Of a stretch of 64,000 bases of DNA, positions 18,088-25,817 are shown one piece after another (the stretch's first letter is position 1; each line of letters opens with the position of its first letter). Under the pieces are notes generated by a model. The model worked only from the letters and a program-made list of their open reading frames with translations, was not told the origin of the DNA and made no database searches. The translations under genes and the position numbers were made by a program. Source of the DNA: Candidatus Bipolaricaulota bacterium (GTDB lineage Bacteria > Bipolaricaulota > Bipolaricaulia > M55B111); assembly GCA_021735245.1 (NCBI GenBank), contig JAIPHJ010000002.1, positions 26,017 through 90,016 on the forward strand, given 5' to 3'.

Positions 18088-18120
18088 TCTAAAACCTCCA
18101 ATTAAGTTTGCTTAATTGCC

Positions 18121-18149
18121 AATATAACACATTGAAGCTAATCTGTCAA
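18121..18149 (-). promoter_or_regulatory. Sigma-70-type promoter
   Basis: On the minus strand: TTGACA (18149-18144), 17-nt spacer, TATATT (18126-18121). Confidence 0.65.
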
Positions 18150-18495
18150 GTGGGGGCGATTCCCGAAAGTCTATTTCCCACTGGTTTTTCGAGAAAAGTT
18201 TAACTCTTCGGTGTTGTGTAAAACACTATATGAAAGCGGTTTTCGGGAGAACTTTGAGCGCCAATTCGTAAACCTCGGAAGGGCAAAATCTGGAGAGGTA
18301 CCCGACCCAATATCCGTGACCTTAACTACCTCAGGGGGGGTAAAGGAGCCCAATCGGACTCACTTGACTCTCGAACCAGCACGGCTACCAGTCCACGTAA
18401 TGTCCACAATGAACTTACCGACGAGCTCTTGGGGGATTAGGGGCAAAATTGGGCGTCTCTGGCGTAGGGTTCCAGCGAAGTTTCCGGAGATAGTT

Positions 18496-18532
18496 CCGAT
18501 AGATTGCATATCGGAGATATGCATTCTATCGG
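18496..18532. repeat. 37-bp near-perfect palindrome (17-bp arms, 3-nt spacer)
   Basis: CCGATAGATTGCATATC gga GATATGCATTCTATCGG, one central mismatch. Flanked by TTTCCGGAGA and TTTCCGGGGA. Confidence 0.85.
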
Positions 18533-18569
18533 GCAGGGTTATCGGGGAATTTCCGGGGATTCAGGGGGT

Positions 18570-18604
18570 CACTTGCACAGTGTCCTAAGGACACAGTGCA
18601 AGTG
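18570..18604. repeat. 35-bp near-perfect palindrome (16-bp arms, 3-nt spacer)
   Basis: CACTTGCACAGTGTCC taa GGACACAGTGCAAGTG, one central mismatch. Confidence 0.85.
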
Positions 18605-18813
18605 CCTAGGCAAGCTTAGGCCCCGTTTTGGTTTGTCAAGTCCGTGAAGCAGGGGAGTCCGAGCATTCTAGTCAGTCGTTTGCCCGTTCAGCAAGGCTGG
18701 TTGAGCCTGTATACCCCCCTACATCTCACCGGGGAGCCGATTCTCTAAAACCCCCTTGCTGATGCGCCTAGACGAATCTATCAAATCTCGGGTTTAACTT
18801 TGTTAAACTTCTC

Positions 18814-18833
18814 TTTTTATCGCAAATAAAAAC
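18814..18833 (+). repeat. Island repeat block A copy
   Basis: TTTTTATCGCAAATAAAAAC, nearly identical to 4740-4758. Confidence 0.7.
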
Positions 18834-19152
18834 TGGGGAGCACCAAGTGGCATCTTTAATCCGGCAATAACGAGAGGTCAATCTTCCAAATCGAATAGTA
18901 CAGTCTGATGAGAATTTCAGCGACTGAGTCGCTCTCAGAGCTTACTGATAGCTCTGTTAATAGAGATTGTTTTTCAGGGCATGGTAATGTAAGGCTGGCA
19001 AAGGCGTGGGTATAACGTATGAGAAAGTGATGTCGAAATACCAAGAGGACTTAGGACGACTTCAATGCCGGACAAATCGGATACTGTTCTAGCAGGTGAT
19101 CAAAAGGTTGTTATGTTGCGTCCGGAATATGGCTTGGGTAAGTCTGCAACTT

Positions 19153-19174
19153 GTTTTTTATTTGCGATAAAAAC
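19153..19174 (-). repeat. Island repeat block A, inverted copy
   Basis: GTTTTTTATTTGCGATAAAAAC is the reverse complement of block A. With 18814-18833 it brackets about 320 bp. Confidence 0.7.
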
Positions 19175-19193
19175 TTTCTGCGTCACATGAATA

Positions 19194-20330
19194 CTATTTC
19201 ACCCATACACTATACCACTTAGTGCTACTTGCTCCATCGTCATCGTAAACAGTCAGGGTAACGTCATAAACTCCGCTATCGTAGAAAGTATGTGTGGTAA
19301 TAGCTCCTGACCCACCGCTCCCATCATCATAATCCCAACTGTATGAAACTATTGATCCGTCAGGATCGCTAGAATCCGTGGCATCAAAAGTTACTTCAAG
19401 CGGGGGGTAGCCACTCGATGGATCGTAAGAAAATTCTGCAGTAGGACTTTGGTTGCTGGCAGTAGAAACATCGATGGTTTCACTGGCCGTATCATTAGAC
19501 CCTTCATCATCTGTTACTGTTAACTGTACTGTATAGCTTCCAGAGCTGTCATAAGTATGGTTAACCGTTACCCCTGAACCAGTAGTTCCATCGCCGAAAT
19601 CCCAATTGTAACTATCTATGCTGCCATCTGGGTCATTAGCACCACTAGCGTCAAACGAGACCTCAAGTGGGGCTTCTCCACTCGTTGGGCTAGCTGTGAA
19701 GCTAGAAGACGGGGGCTGATTAGGTTCAGATGAGACAGAGATGGTTTCGCTGGTAGAATCAGTCCCTCCATCATTATCCGTAACTGTTAGTTGCACGTTG
19801 TACGTCCCGGAGCTGGTGAAGGTGTAGGTTCCACTGACCCCTGAACCAGTAGACCCATCGTCAAAGTCCCACTCGTAGCTAGTTATAGTGCCATCACTGT
19901 CTTCAGCACTGGAGGCATCAAATGTTACTTCGAGGGGTGCCTCGCCGCTCGTAGGATTGGCACTAAAGCTTGCTGTTGGAGCTTGGTTGGAAGATGTGAC
20001 TGAAATATTTTTTGTCGTGTCATTTGTAGCACCACCATCATCGGTCACCGTCAACTCTACCGTATAGTCTCCGGCGCTATCGAAGGTATGATTAACAGTC
20101 TCTCCTGTTCCCGTGGAACCGTCATCGAAACCCCAGTCATAGCTTGCTATTCTTCCATCAGGATCAGAAGAACCAGAAGCATCAAAAGTTGATTCTAGTG
20201 GAGCTTCTCCGCTGGTAGGATTAGCATCATAACCAGCGTTAGGGGGTTGGTTAGTAGGCCCGCAGCCAGACAAGAAAAGAGCAAGTGAAATGAGGAGAAA
20301 AGCAATAAGGGTTAGCTTGCCCTTTCGCAT
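19194..20330 (-). CDS. Lipoprotein with four tandem PKD domains
   Basis: Signal and lipobox MRKGKLTLIAFLLISLALFLSGC. Four units of A.F...PTSGEAPLEV.FDAS.S.DPDG.I.SY.WDF.DGS.G.G....H.....G.Y.V.LTVTDD.G. Confidence 0.85.
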   Translation of the reverse strand: MRKGKLTLIAFLLISLALFLSGCGPTNQPPNAGYDANPTSGEAPLESTFDASGSSDPDGRIASYDWGFDDGSTGTGETVNHTFDSAGDYTVELTVTDDGGATNDTTKNISVTSSNQAPTASFSANPTSGEAPLEVTFDASSAEDSDGTITSYEWDFDDGSTGSGVSGTYTFTSSGTYNVQLTVTDNDGGTDSTSETISVSSEPNQPPSSSFTASPTSGEAPLEVSFDASGANDPDGSIDSYNWDFGDGTTGSGVTVNHTYDSSGSYTVQLTVTDDEGSNDTASETIDVSTASNQSPTAEFSYDPSSGYPPLEVTFDATDSSDPDGSIVSYSWDYDDGSGGSGAITTHTFYDSGVYDVTLTVYDDDGASSTKWYSVWVK

Positions 20331-20541
20331 ACTACCGTCTCCCTAGAACACTTGCATTATAGCAAGCGCAGGTAATACACCCAAATGCGCCCTACCATCA
20401 TACCCTAGGCGGACCAGCGAAATCCGCTTAAAACGGCAATGAGGGTACGCTAAAAGTCGGGTGACAGGATATTGCAGTATATAAGATATTAGCCCCTCGA
20501 CTAGGGTATCCTAGGTTGTAAATAATAAAAAAATAGGAGGA

Positions 20542-20910
20542 TTATGAAAAAAGCAAAAGATAACCTATGTACGTCGTCCAAAGCGCCAATCCTGCATCAA
20601 ATAACCGTGTTGTCCACCACTTACTAACTTCATACATGCGGTTAAGGGCAAAGAAGTTACCTACAGTGGTTATATCCGAAGGTTGTGAGTTACTAACATC
20701 CATGCGATCTTTAACGTCACATATACCAACCCCACTCTCTTCTCTAAAATGGCTTAACACTGGGAGTAAAAGGACAATTAACCATTCCCATTCTTCCCTT
20801 AAAAGTATAATTAGAAATTTGGATAATGCCCAAACAATACCTATAAACAGGGATAAAACAGTGAGGCAAGCGGCAACTGTGACAAATATTTCTTCCTTAC
20901 TGAGGAGCAT
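20542..20910 (-). CDS. Hypothetical membrane protein
   Basis: 122-aa ORF with several hydrophobic segments. Preferred over the overlapping plus-strand ORF 20567-21079, which is Ser/Arg-rich and antisense to two ORFs. Confidence 0.4.
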   Translation of the reverse strand: MLLSKEEIFVTVAACLTVLSLFIGIVWALSKFLIILLREEWEWLIVLLLPVLSHFREESGVGICDVKDRMDVSNSQPSDITTVGNFFALNRMYEVSKWWTTRLFDAGLALWTTYIGYLLLFS

Positions 20911-20973
20911 AGGAAATGAATGGGGGCTCTGTGTGGCCCCGTTTGGTTGCCCCCTTTTTTTATTTTATACTAT

Positions 20974-21306
20974 CTATTCTTCTTTAGCTTCCTCCTCCAG
21001 TACGGACACTTCCTCCTCCAGTACGGACACTTCCTCCTCCAGTGTAATCTGCATTTTCTTCTTTTTGCTGTCAGAATGATTAGGCTCCTCTTTTGATTCT
21101 ATGTTAGCGCTCAACCTCATAAGTAAGGTTGATAGAAGAATCATAAGAGCCCCGAAGAATCTAATATCAAAGTAAAAGACAAGCCCCAGAGAAACTACTA
21201 TGATTGCAGACAAGATTATGAATAACAGGGGTTTAAGTTTAGGAGTATGAGTGTACTCAATTGGCCCACCCAACTTTCCTCTAATATGTTCCTTTAAGTG
21301 GCTCAT
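20974..21306 (-). CDS. Small membrane protein with a repetitive acidic C-terminal tail
   Basis: 110-aa ORF with two TM segments and the tail LEEEVSVLEEEVSVLEEEAKEE. Confidence 0.5.
   Translation of the reverse strand: MSHLKEHIRGKLGGPIEYTHTPKLKPLLFIILSAIIVVSLGLVFYFDIRFFGALMILLSTLLMRLSANIESKEEPNHSDSKKKKMQITLEEEVSVLEEEVSVLEEEAKEE
20989..21044. repeat. 21-bp tandem repeat, about 2.6 copies, in frame inside 20974-21306
   Basis: TTCCTCCTCCAGTACGGACAC occurs twice, followed by a 14-nt partial copy. Confidence 0.9.
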
Positions 21307-21608
21307 AAGAGTGACACCCCACCAGTCGGGATAAGAGACGATCCACTACTATTCAGTGCATAATGATAAGAAACACGATATTTTTCTGCAAACGAGTTAC
21401 TATTCCTGTTCATAGGGGAAAACCATAACTTCCTCTGGACCAACTAAAACCGATTTCTGGAGTACTTGGAGCATGTTATGTTGATAGGTGCTTGGAACCA
21501 TGAATGGATTCAGTATACAAATTCTAAGTGCTGATTTTCAGGACATTTGGAACAAGATGGCATGTATTATATAGTGAAGTAAATGTTAAAGAGGAGGTCG
21601 AATCCATA

Positions 21609-22151
21609 ATGAAGGATTTTTGGGATATGCTATCAAACTGTAGAGTAAGCGACTTTTGGGGGATATTATTTAATGGATTGGCGGCAGGGGGCACTATCTT
21701 TCTTGGTATCATGGCTTATCTGGGATTAAGAAAAGACTCTATTCCAACTCTGAGGACACAGGTCTTGAGTGCTTCTAGTGGGAGATTTCGCTTGGCGCTG
21801 GTCAATGCCGGAAAGGTTCCAATATTTGTTGATGAGATATGTATTGAGAGAGAATCTGTCGGGGAACTCGACCATACCGTGACAAGAATGAAAGAGTTCG
21901 ATGAGTACTATGGCCCTGATGAACGAATGACGTCCATAAACAGCTTACCATATCCTCTTGTAGGGGGAGAAAAGTTCGAACTTGTAGTAGAGATTAAAGA
22001 TTGTGAGGAAGAACTGGAAGACGTGGGCCCGCAACTGTTTTTCGGTGAAGAAGAATTTAGCATTAAGACTAATTACAATAGTGGATCAGGTAATAAGAAG
22101 AAGAGCGCCACTATCGTTTATAACTTAGAGAGCCCTCCTTACGGTAACTAA
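21609..22151 (+). CDS. Hypothetical protein with an N-terminal TM segment
   Basis: ATG 21609 (MKDFWDMLS..) is preceded by AAGAGGAGG. The track start at 21528 is GTG without an SD. Confidence 0.5.
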   Translation: MKDFWDMLSNCRVSDFWGILFNGLAAGGTIFLGIMAYLGLRKDSIPTLRTQVLSASSGRFRLALVNAGKVPIFVDEICIERESVGELDHTVTRMKEFDEYYGPDERMTSINSLPYPLVGGEKFELVVEIKDCEEELEDVGPQLFFGEEEFSIKTNYNSGSGNKKKSATIVYNLESPPYGN

Positions 22152-22912
22152 AGTAGGTTCAGTTCTTCTAAGGCGCTTTCATTCCCCGCAGCGTGGACGA
22201 CTTCCTCTATTCGATTCCTTATTGCTCTTTCCAGCTCGCCCTCATCGTCAAGCTTTACAGCTTCTTCGGGTGAGAAGTCATAGTGGAGATGAATACCCGG
22301 GCAAATGTTGAAGTTGCTCTGCCGGTTCGTTTTTAGTATCTCTTTTTGGAGTTTCTCTTCCGCAGCTTCGTCGATCGTTATTAACCCTTTGTTGTGGAAC
22401 TCTTTGAGGATACTGATCAACTCGTCTTGGTCCCTCTGTTCCAGAAGGTCAAGATGGTCCGGCCAGTACTGTAAATAGTACCCCTCTTTGTCTTTCGGGG
22501 TATCAAATTCGACTATGTGCTGGCTGATGTGCATGACCGTAAAGTCCGCCTCAAAACCCCACCCTTCATCTCGGAGCCGCTCGATTTCACCCATGGTCAG
22601 CCGGTCGTTCTCGTAGAAATTTCGGGACTGGCTCATGGTATCCCCAAAATGACATGATACCGACAGGCCGTATTCTTCCCCGGATTCCTCTAAGATCAGT
22701 CCGATACGTTTTAATTCATCCAGACCGGTCGAAATGTAGTATCCCCATGACTTGTGTTTTGCGAAGTTTTCCGGGTCCGGTAGCATATCTTCTAACATGC
22801 TTTTGATCCTGCGCTCAAGCAACTCTTCCTCGCCGTTACATCTGGACCATCTATCGTAAGGGTTGAGGTAAGGGAACCGTCGGTTGACGAATTCCATAAA
22901 CTCCTGAATCAA
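22148..22912 (-). CDS. Hypothetical acidic cytoplasmic protein
   Basis: 254-aa ORF, convergent with 21609-22151 and overlapping it by 4 nt. No motif recognised. Confidence 0.55.
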   Translation of the reverse strand: MIQEFMEFVNRRFPYLNPYDRWSRCNGEEELLERRIKSMLEDMLPDPENFAKHKSWGYYISTGLDELKRIGLILEESGEEYGLSVSCHFGDTMSQSRNFYENDRLTMGEIERLRDEGWGFEADFTVMHISQHIVEFDTPKDKEGYYLQYWPDHLDLLEQRDQDELISILKEFHNKGLITIDEAAEEKLQKEILKTNRQSNFNICPGIHLHYDFSPEEAVKLDDEGELERAIRNRIEEVVHAAGNESALEELNLL

Positions 22913-22947
22913 GAGCTTCTCGGATCAACCGACTGGGGGATGATCGG

Positions 22948-22974
22948 TGAGTTCGTTCAGGTTATGCGCCGAAT
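22948..22974 (+). repeat. Island repeat block C copy
   Basis: GAGTTCGTTCAGGTTATGCGCCGAATC shares the 12-mer AGTTCGTTCAGG with 3622-3633. Confidence 0.5.
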
Positions 22975-23006
22975 CCGACCAGCTGTCGCTTTCCAGTCTT
23001 ATACTT

Positions 23007-23300
23007 CTACCCAAAGTCGACCGCCTCCGTTATGGGTTTGTAGCCTTTATGTGCCAGTTGCTTGTAGTGCCACTCATTTCCCTTGAAGCCTATCGCAATA
23101 CTTAAAGGAATCCACCCCACCCCTAGTGTTCCAGCCGTAATAACCGTTCCTATTAAGAAATATTTCCAGAGACTTTTATAACATAGCCAAAAGGGGCCGA
23201 AAAATAAGCCCGGCCAAGAGAACCCTTCGTAAGTCGTGACTTCTTCACCCGTTACAGGGTGCTTCATATATTCTCTCACTTTATCGTTGGTTTCGCTCAT
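23007..23300 (-). CDS. DUF2628-like small membrane protein
   Basis: 97-aa ORF. EGFSWPGLFFGPFWLCYKSLWKYF matches the recalled DUF2628 pattern. Confidence 0.6.
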   Translation of the reverse strand: MSETNDKVREYMKHPVTGEEVTTYEGFSWPGLFFGPFWLCYKSLWKYFLIGTVITAGTLGVGWIPLSIAIGFKGNEWHYKQLAHKGYKPITEAVDFG

Positions 23301-23624
23301 AATAAAACCTCCTTTAGTGTATAGGTACAGGTACCTTGTTTGTGATGGTTATTGGATGTTTTTTATATAAATTAATAATATCTTAGTGATTGAACTTTAT
23401 GTCCACCATTCTATTATGTAATCTCTAATTGGTGTTACAGTACAAGTAAATCTTAGAAGTGGATAATTCATAAGAGGATAGACGAGGTTTTTCATAATAT
23501 ATAAGCAAAACGTAGTGGTTTGTAAACCAAATTTAGGGCAATTAGCTTGAAAGAAAGTTATTTGCTTTGATCCTATTTGTGTTTATGGCATAGCTACTAA
23601 CTTTTACCCACGATAAAAACCAGC

Positions 23625-23714
23625 TCAGCCAGCTCGAATTCGATCGACCAATTCGAAGAACAGCATTCCAGCAGCAAAGCCAATTGTTACATCGAGGATT
23701 AAGGTCGCAAACAT
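23625..23714 (-). CDS. Possible 29-aa hydrophobic micro-ORF
   Basis: GGAGGTG sits 8 nt before ATG 23714. Product MFATLILDVTIGFAAGMLFFELVDRIRAG; TGA 23625-23627. Confidence 0.3.
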   Translation of the reverse strand: MFATLILDVTIGFAAGMLFFELVDRIRAG

Positions 23715-24538
23715 TATGTAAACACCTCCAAGAATTTAAGTTTAACTTTCTATTCAGACTCTGGGTGTCGGATAATGGTGCTACAAAGACAGGGTGCTCA
23801 GGGTAAATCTAGCCTGATCCCGCCCTTCCACCCTTAAACATCTCTCACTCAAAAGATATAAGTATGAGTGCTCTCCTTATTAAGCGGATTAAAAGTTACC
23901 AAAATCCACGTTCTTAGTGATTGATAGGGCAAGTCACCGTAATTCTGTTCTTTGTCCCTCCAATAGGCAGATATAGCTGCTCGATCGGTATGTTTGGGTT
24001 AGCGGCCAGAAGGAGTGAAGTCTTGGTCTCGGTTGTCGGGAATAGGTTGTCGAGTCTGCCAATTCTCGTCCGAGGATCTCGCTAGTTTGGGAGCGTTGAG
24101 AGGATTAAAGTTGTTGTTTGAGCAGCGAGGCAGGGTAGTGGTAGTGGAATTAGATCCGGCACGGAAGTTTTGTAGCGAGTGACAAATCACCTTCCCGTGG
24201 CGGAACTTGGGAGCGGAACTGTTTTTTATACCCCACAACCAAGGAACGTTGAGGGTTGTGTTAATAAACTTTAGGTTAACTTTATACAAGTTTTATACTA
24301 ACTTTATACTAATTATAATACACATAATTATTCTATAATTACCAACTCAACGTTGATACAGAATAATTAACGTTAATTTACACCACACCCCCTCCCTTCA
24401 ACGCTATTTTTACTTATAAGAGGGGGTGGGTATTAAAGGTTCGGCTTAATTAGAAATTTTTACAGTCACAGATTACGTTAGCTGGTTTTAAAGGAAGTAT
24501 AAAGGAACTATAAAGGTTCACCCACCCCTAGTGCGTTT

Positions 24539-25519
24539 TTATAAGTGATCCATAGGTGAAGTCTTCTTGGTTGCCTCCTTCAATCGTCGTCCGCTCATGT
24601 GCACGTAACGCATCGAAGTCTTCAATTGTTCGTGACCCATCATCTGCTGTAGCGAGTAAACATCTAACCCGTTTTTAACAGCCATCGTCGCAGCAGTATG
24701 CCGTAATACATGCGGTGAGACTTTTGTATCCTCGAGACCGGCTCTTTTTTGTAGTCGATCGATAATACGAGATAAATTCCTCTTTTTAATTTGGTGGCCG
24801 TTAAGGTCTATGAAAATTGTTTTGGTGTTAATTTCCGCCTCAATATCATTCCTAACCTCAGTCCAGTATCCAAGCCACTCACTTGGTAATTCTCCGAAAA
24901 AAACCCTTCGATCCTTAGCCCCTTTTCCGTTTACCTTTAGAGAGTTGTCATCTAGGTTGAGGTCTTCAAGTTTTGCTGTCCTTACTTCTTCGGACCTAAG
25001 CCCCACATCTAGCATTAGTAGTATAATTGTCCGGTTTCTGATTCCCGACCAACGATCTAAACGGTCCCTTGTCACTTTAACTAACTTTTTCATTTGGTCC
25101 TCATCCAGCACGTAGGGGTACTTGTTCGGGGTCTTGGGCTCTTTAATGTCGTCCGTTGGAGCTTTCTCGATTGCATCCTTGTCTACCAACCAGTTGAAAA
25201 AAGCCCGAAGGACTCTATAGCGAATGGCGATCGTCGTGATCTTTATTCCGTTGTCCAACAAATACTTCATGTAGTCACGAACTACGTCTGCGGTTATGTC
25301 CTCGACGAGCATGTCATTGTCGAGGAAGTCCATAAAGTACCCGAGTATTTCTTTGTATTGGCCTATTGTAGCAGAGGACAACCCATCCAGCTCTTTGTAG
25401 TTAAGGTAGGACTCCACTACAGTGTTAATTCTCGCTTCTCCATTTCTATTCGTCAGATTAGGATTGACGTCGTCTTCTCCATCCTGCAGAAAGTCGTACG
25501 TCGGATTTTCTCTACGCAT
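24539..25519 (-). CDS. int: Tyrosine integrase (XerC/D-phage type)
   Basis: 326-aa ORF. SAM-like N-domain, GLRSEE (Arg I), HVLRHT (HxxR), GHEQLKTSMRYVH (His/Tyr). Its start is 78 nt from the tRNA-like sequence. Confidence 0.9.
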   Translation of the reverse strand: MRRENPTYDFLQDGEDDVNPNLTNRNGEARINTVVESYLNYKELDGLSSATIGQYKEILGYFMDFLDNDMLVEDITADVVRDYMKYLLDNGIKITTIAIRYRVLRAFFNWLVDKDAIEKAPTDDIKEPKTPNKYPYVLDEDQMKKLVKVTRDRLDRWSGIRNRTIILLMLDVGLRSEEVRTAKLEDLNLDDNSLKVNGKGAKDRRVFFGELPSEWLGYWTEVRNDIEAEINTKTIFIDLNGHQIKKRNLSRIIDRLQKRAGLEDTKVSPHVLRHTAATMAVKNGLDVYSLQQMMGHEQLKTSMRYVHMSGRRLKEATKKTSPMDHL

Positions 25520-25596
25520 TTTCTAAATCCATTGAATGCAATCGGATCCTTAAAAATAGGAATCCGGGCTATTCTGTATTATATATACATAATCGT

Positions 25597-25671
25597 CCGG
25601 TTTAACCTCAGTGGTTGAAGAGCACCGGACTTCGGATCCGGGTGTTGGGGGTTCGAATCCTCCCGGGCGTA
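25597..25671 (+). tRNA. tRNA-Arg(UCG)-like sequence with a non-pairing 5' acceptor strand; probable 3' tRNA fragment or att site
   Basis: Canonical anticodon arm CCGGA-CTTCGGA-TCCGG, T arm GGGGG-TTCGAAT-CCTCC and 3' acceptor CGGGCGT-A. The 5' strand CCGGTTT cannot pair, and position 10-25 of the D stem is mismatched. Confidence 0.6.
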
Positions 25672-25817
25672 CTTTCATTCCTTACTATTCTTACCCCCAA
25701 TTTATTTTCTAACTTGCCAAAATTCTCATTAAATGATAGTATCAAACTGGCTGAGCTTGAGTTTGGTCTACCGGGTGCGGTTGAATCCCAAGGGAAAATA
25801 AGCTAGGTGGTTGTTTC

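Noticed and set aside
18211-18588. 125-aa plus-strand ORF in the palindrome-containing spacer
   Set aside because: It has a non-ATG start and no SD. Its composition is Arg/Gly/Pro-rich and it runs straight through both palindromes, so the region is better treated as structured non-coding DNA.
18570-18604. CACAGTG heptamers inside the second palindrome as a specific recombination signal
   Set aside because: The match to a V(D)J RSS heptamer is coincidental in a bacterial context. The relevant feature is the 35-bp palindrome as a whole.
20989-21044. Possible CRISPR or other non-coding tandem array
   Set aside because: Only about 2.6 copies of a 21-bp unit with no spacers. It lies in frame inside ORF 20974-21306 and encodes VSVLEEE repeats. 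No CRISPR-like array was seen anywhere in the window.
20567-21079. 170-aa plus-strand ORF
   Set aside because: It overlaps two more plausible minus-strand membrane-protein ORFs. Its SSSSTDTSSSS tail is just the antisense of the acidic repeat.
23999-24289. 96-aa minus-strand ORF next to the integrase (possible excisionase)
   Set aside because: It has a TTG start, no SD, a low-complexity Asn/Ser/Thr-rich product and no helix-turn-helix-like pattern.
25597-25671. Calling this an intact tRNA-Arg gene
   Set aside because: Positions 1-7 (CCGGTTT) give only two Watson-Crick pairs with the 3' strand CGGGCGT. No alternative 5' strand (ACGCCCG or similar) exists upstream, so only the 3' two-thirds is tRNA-like.
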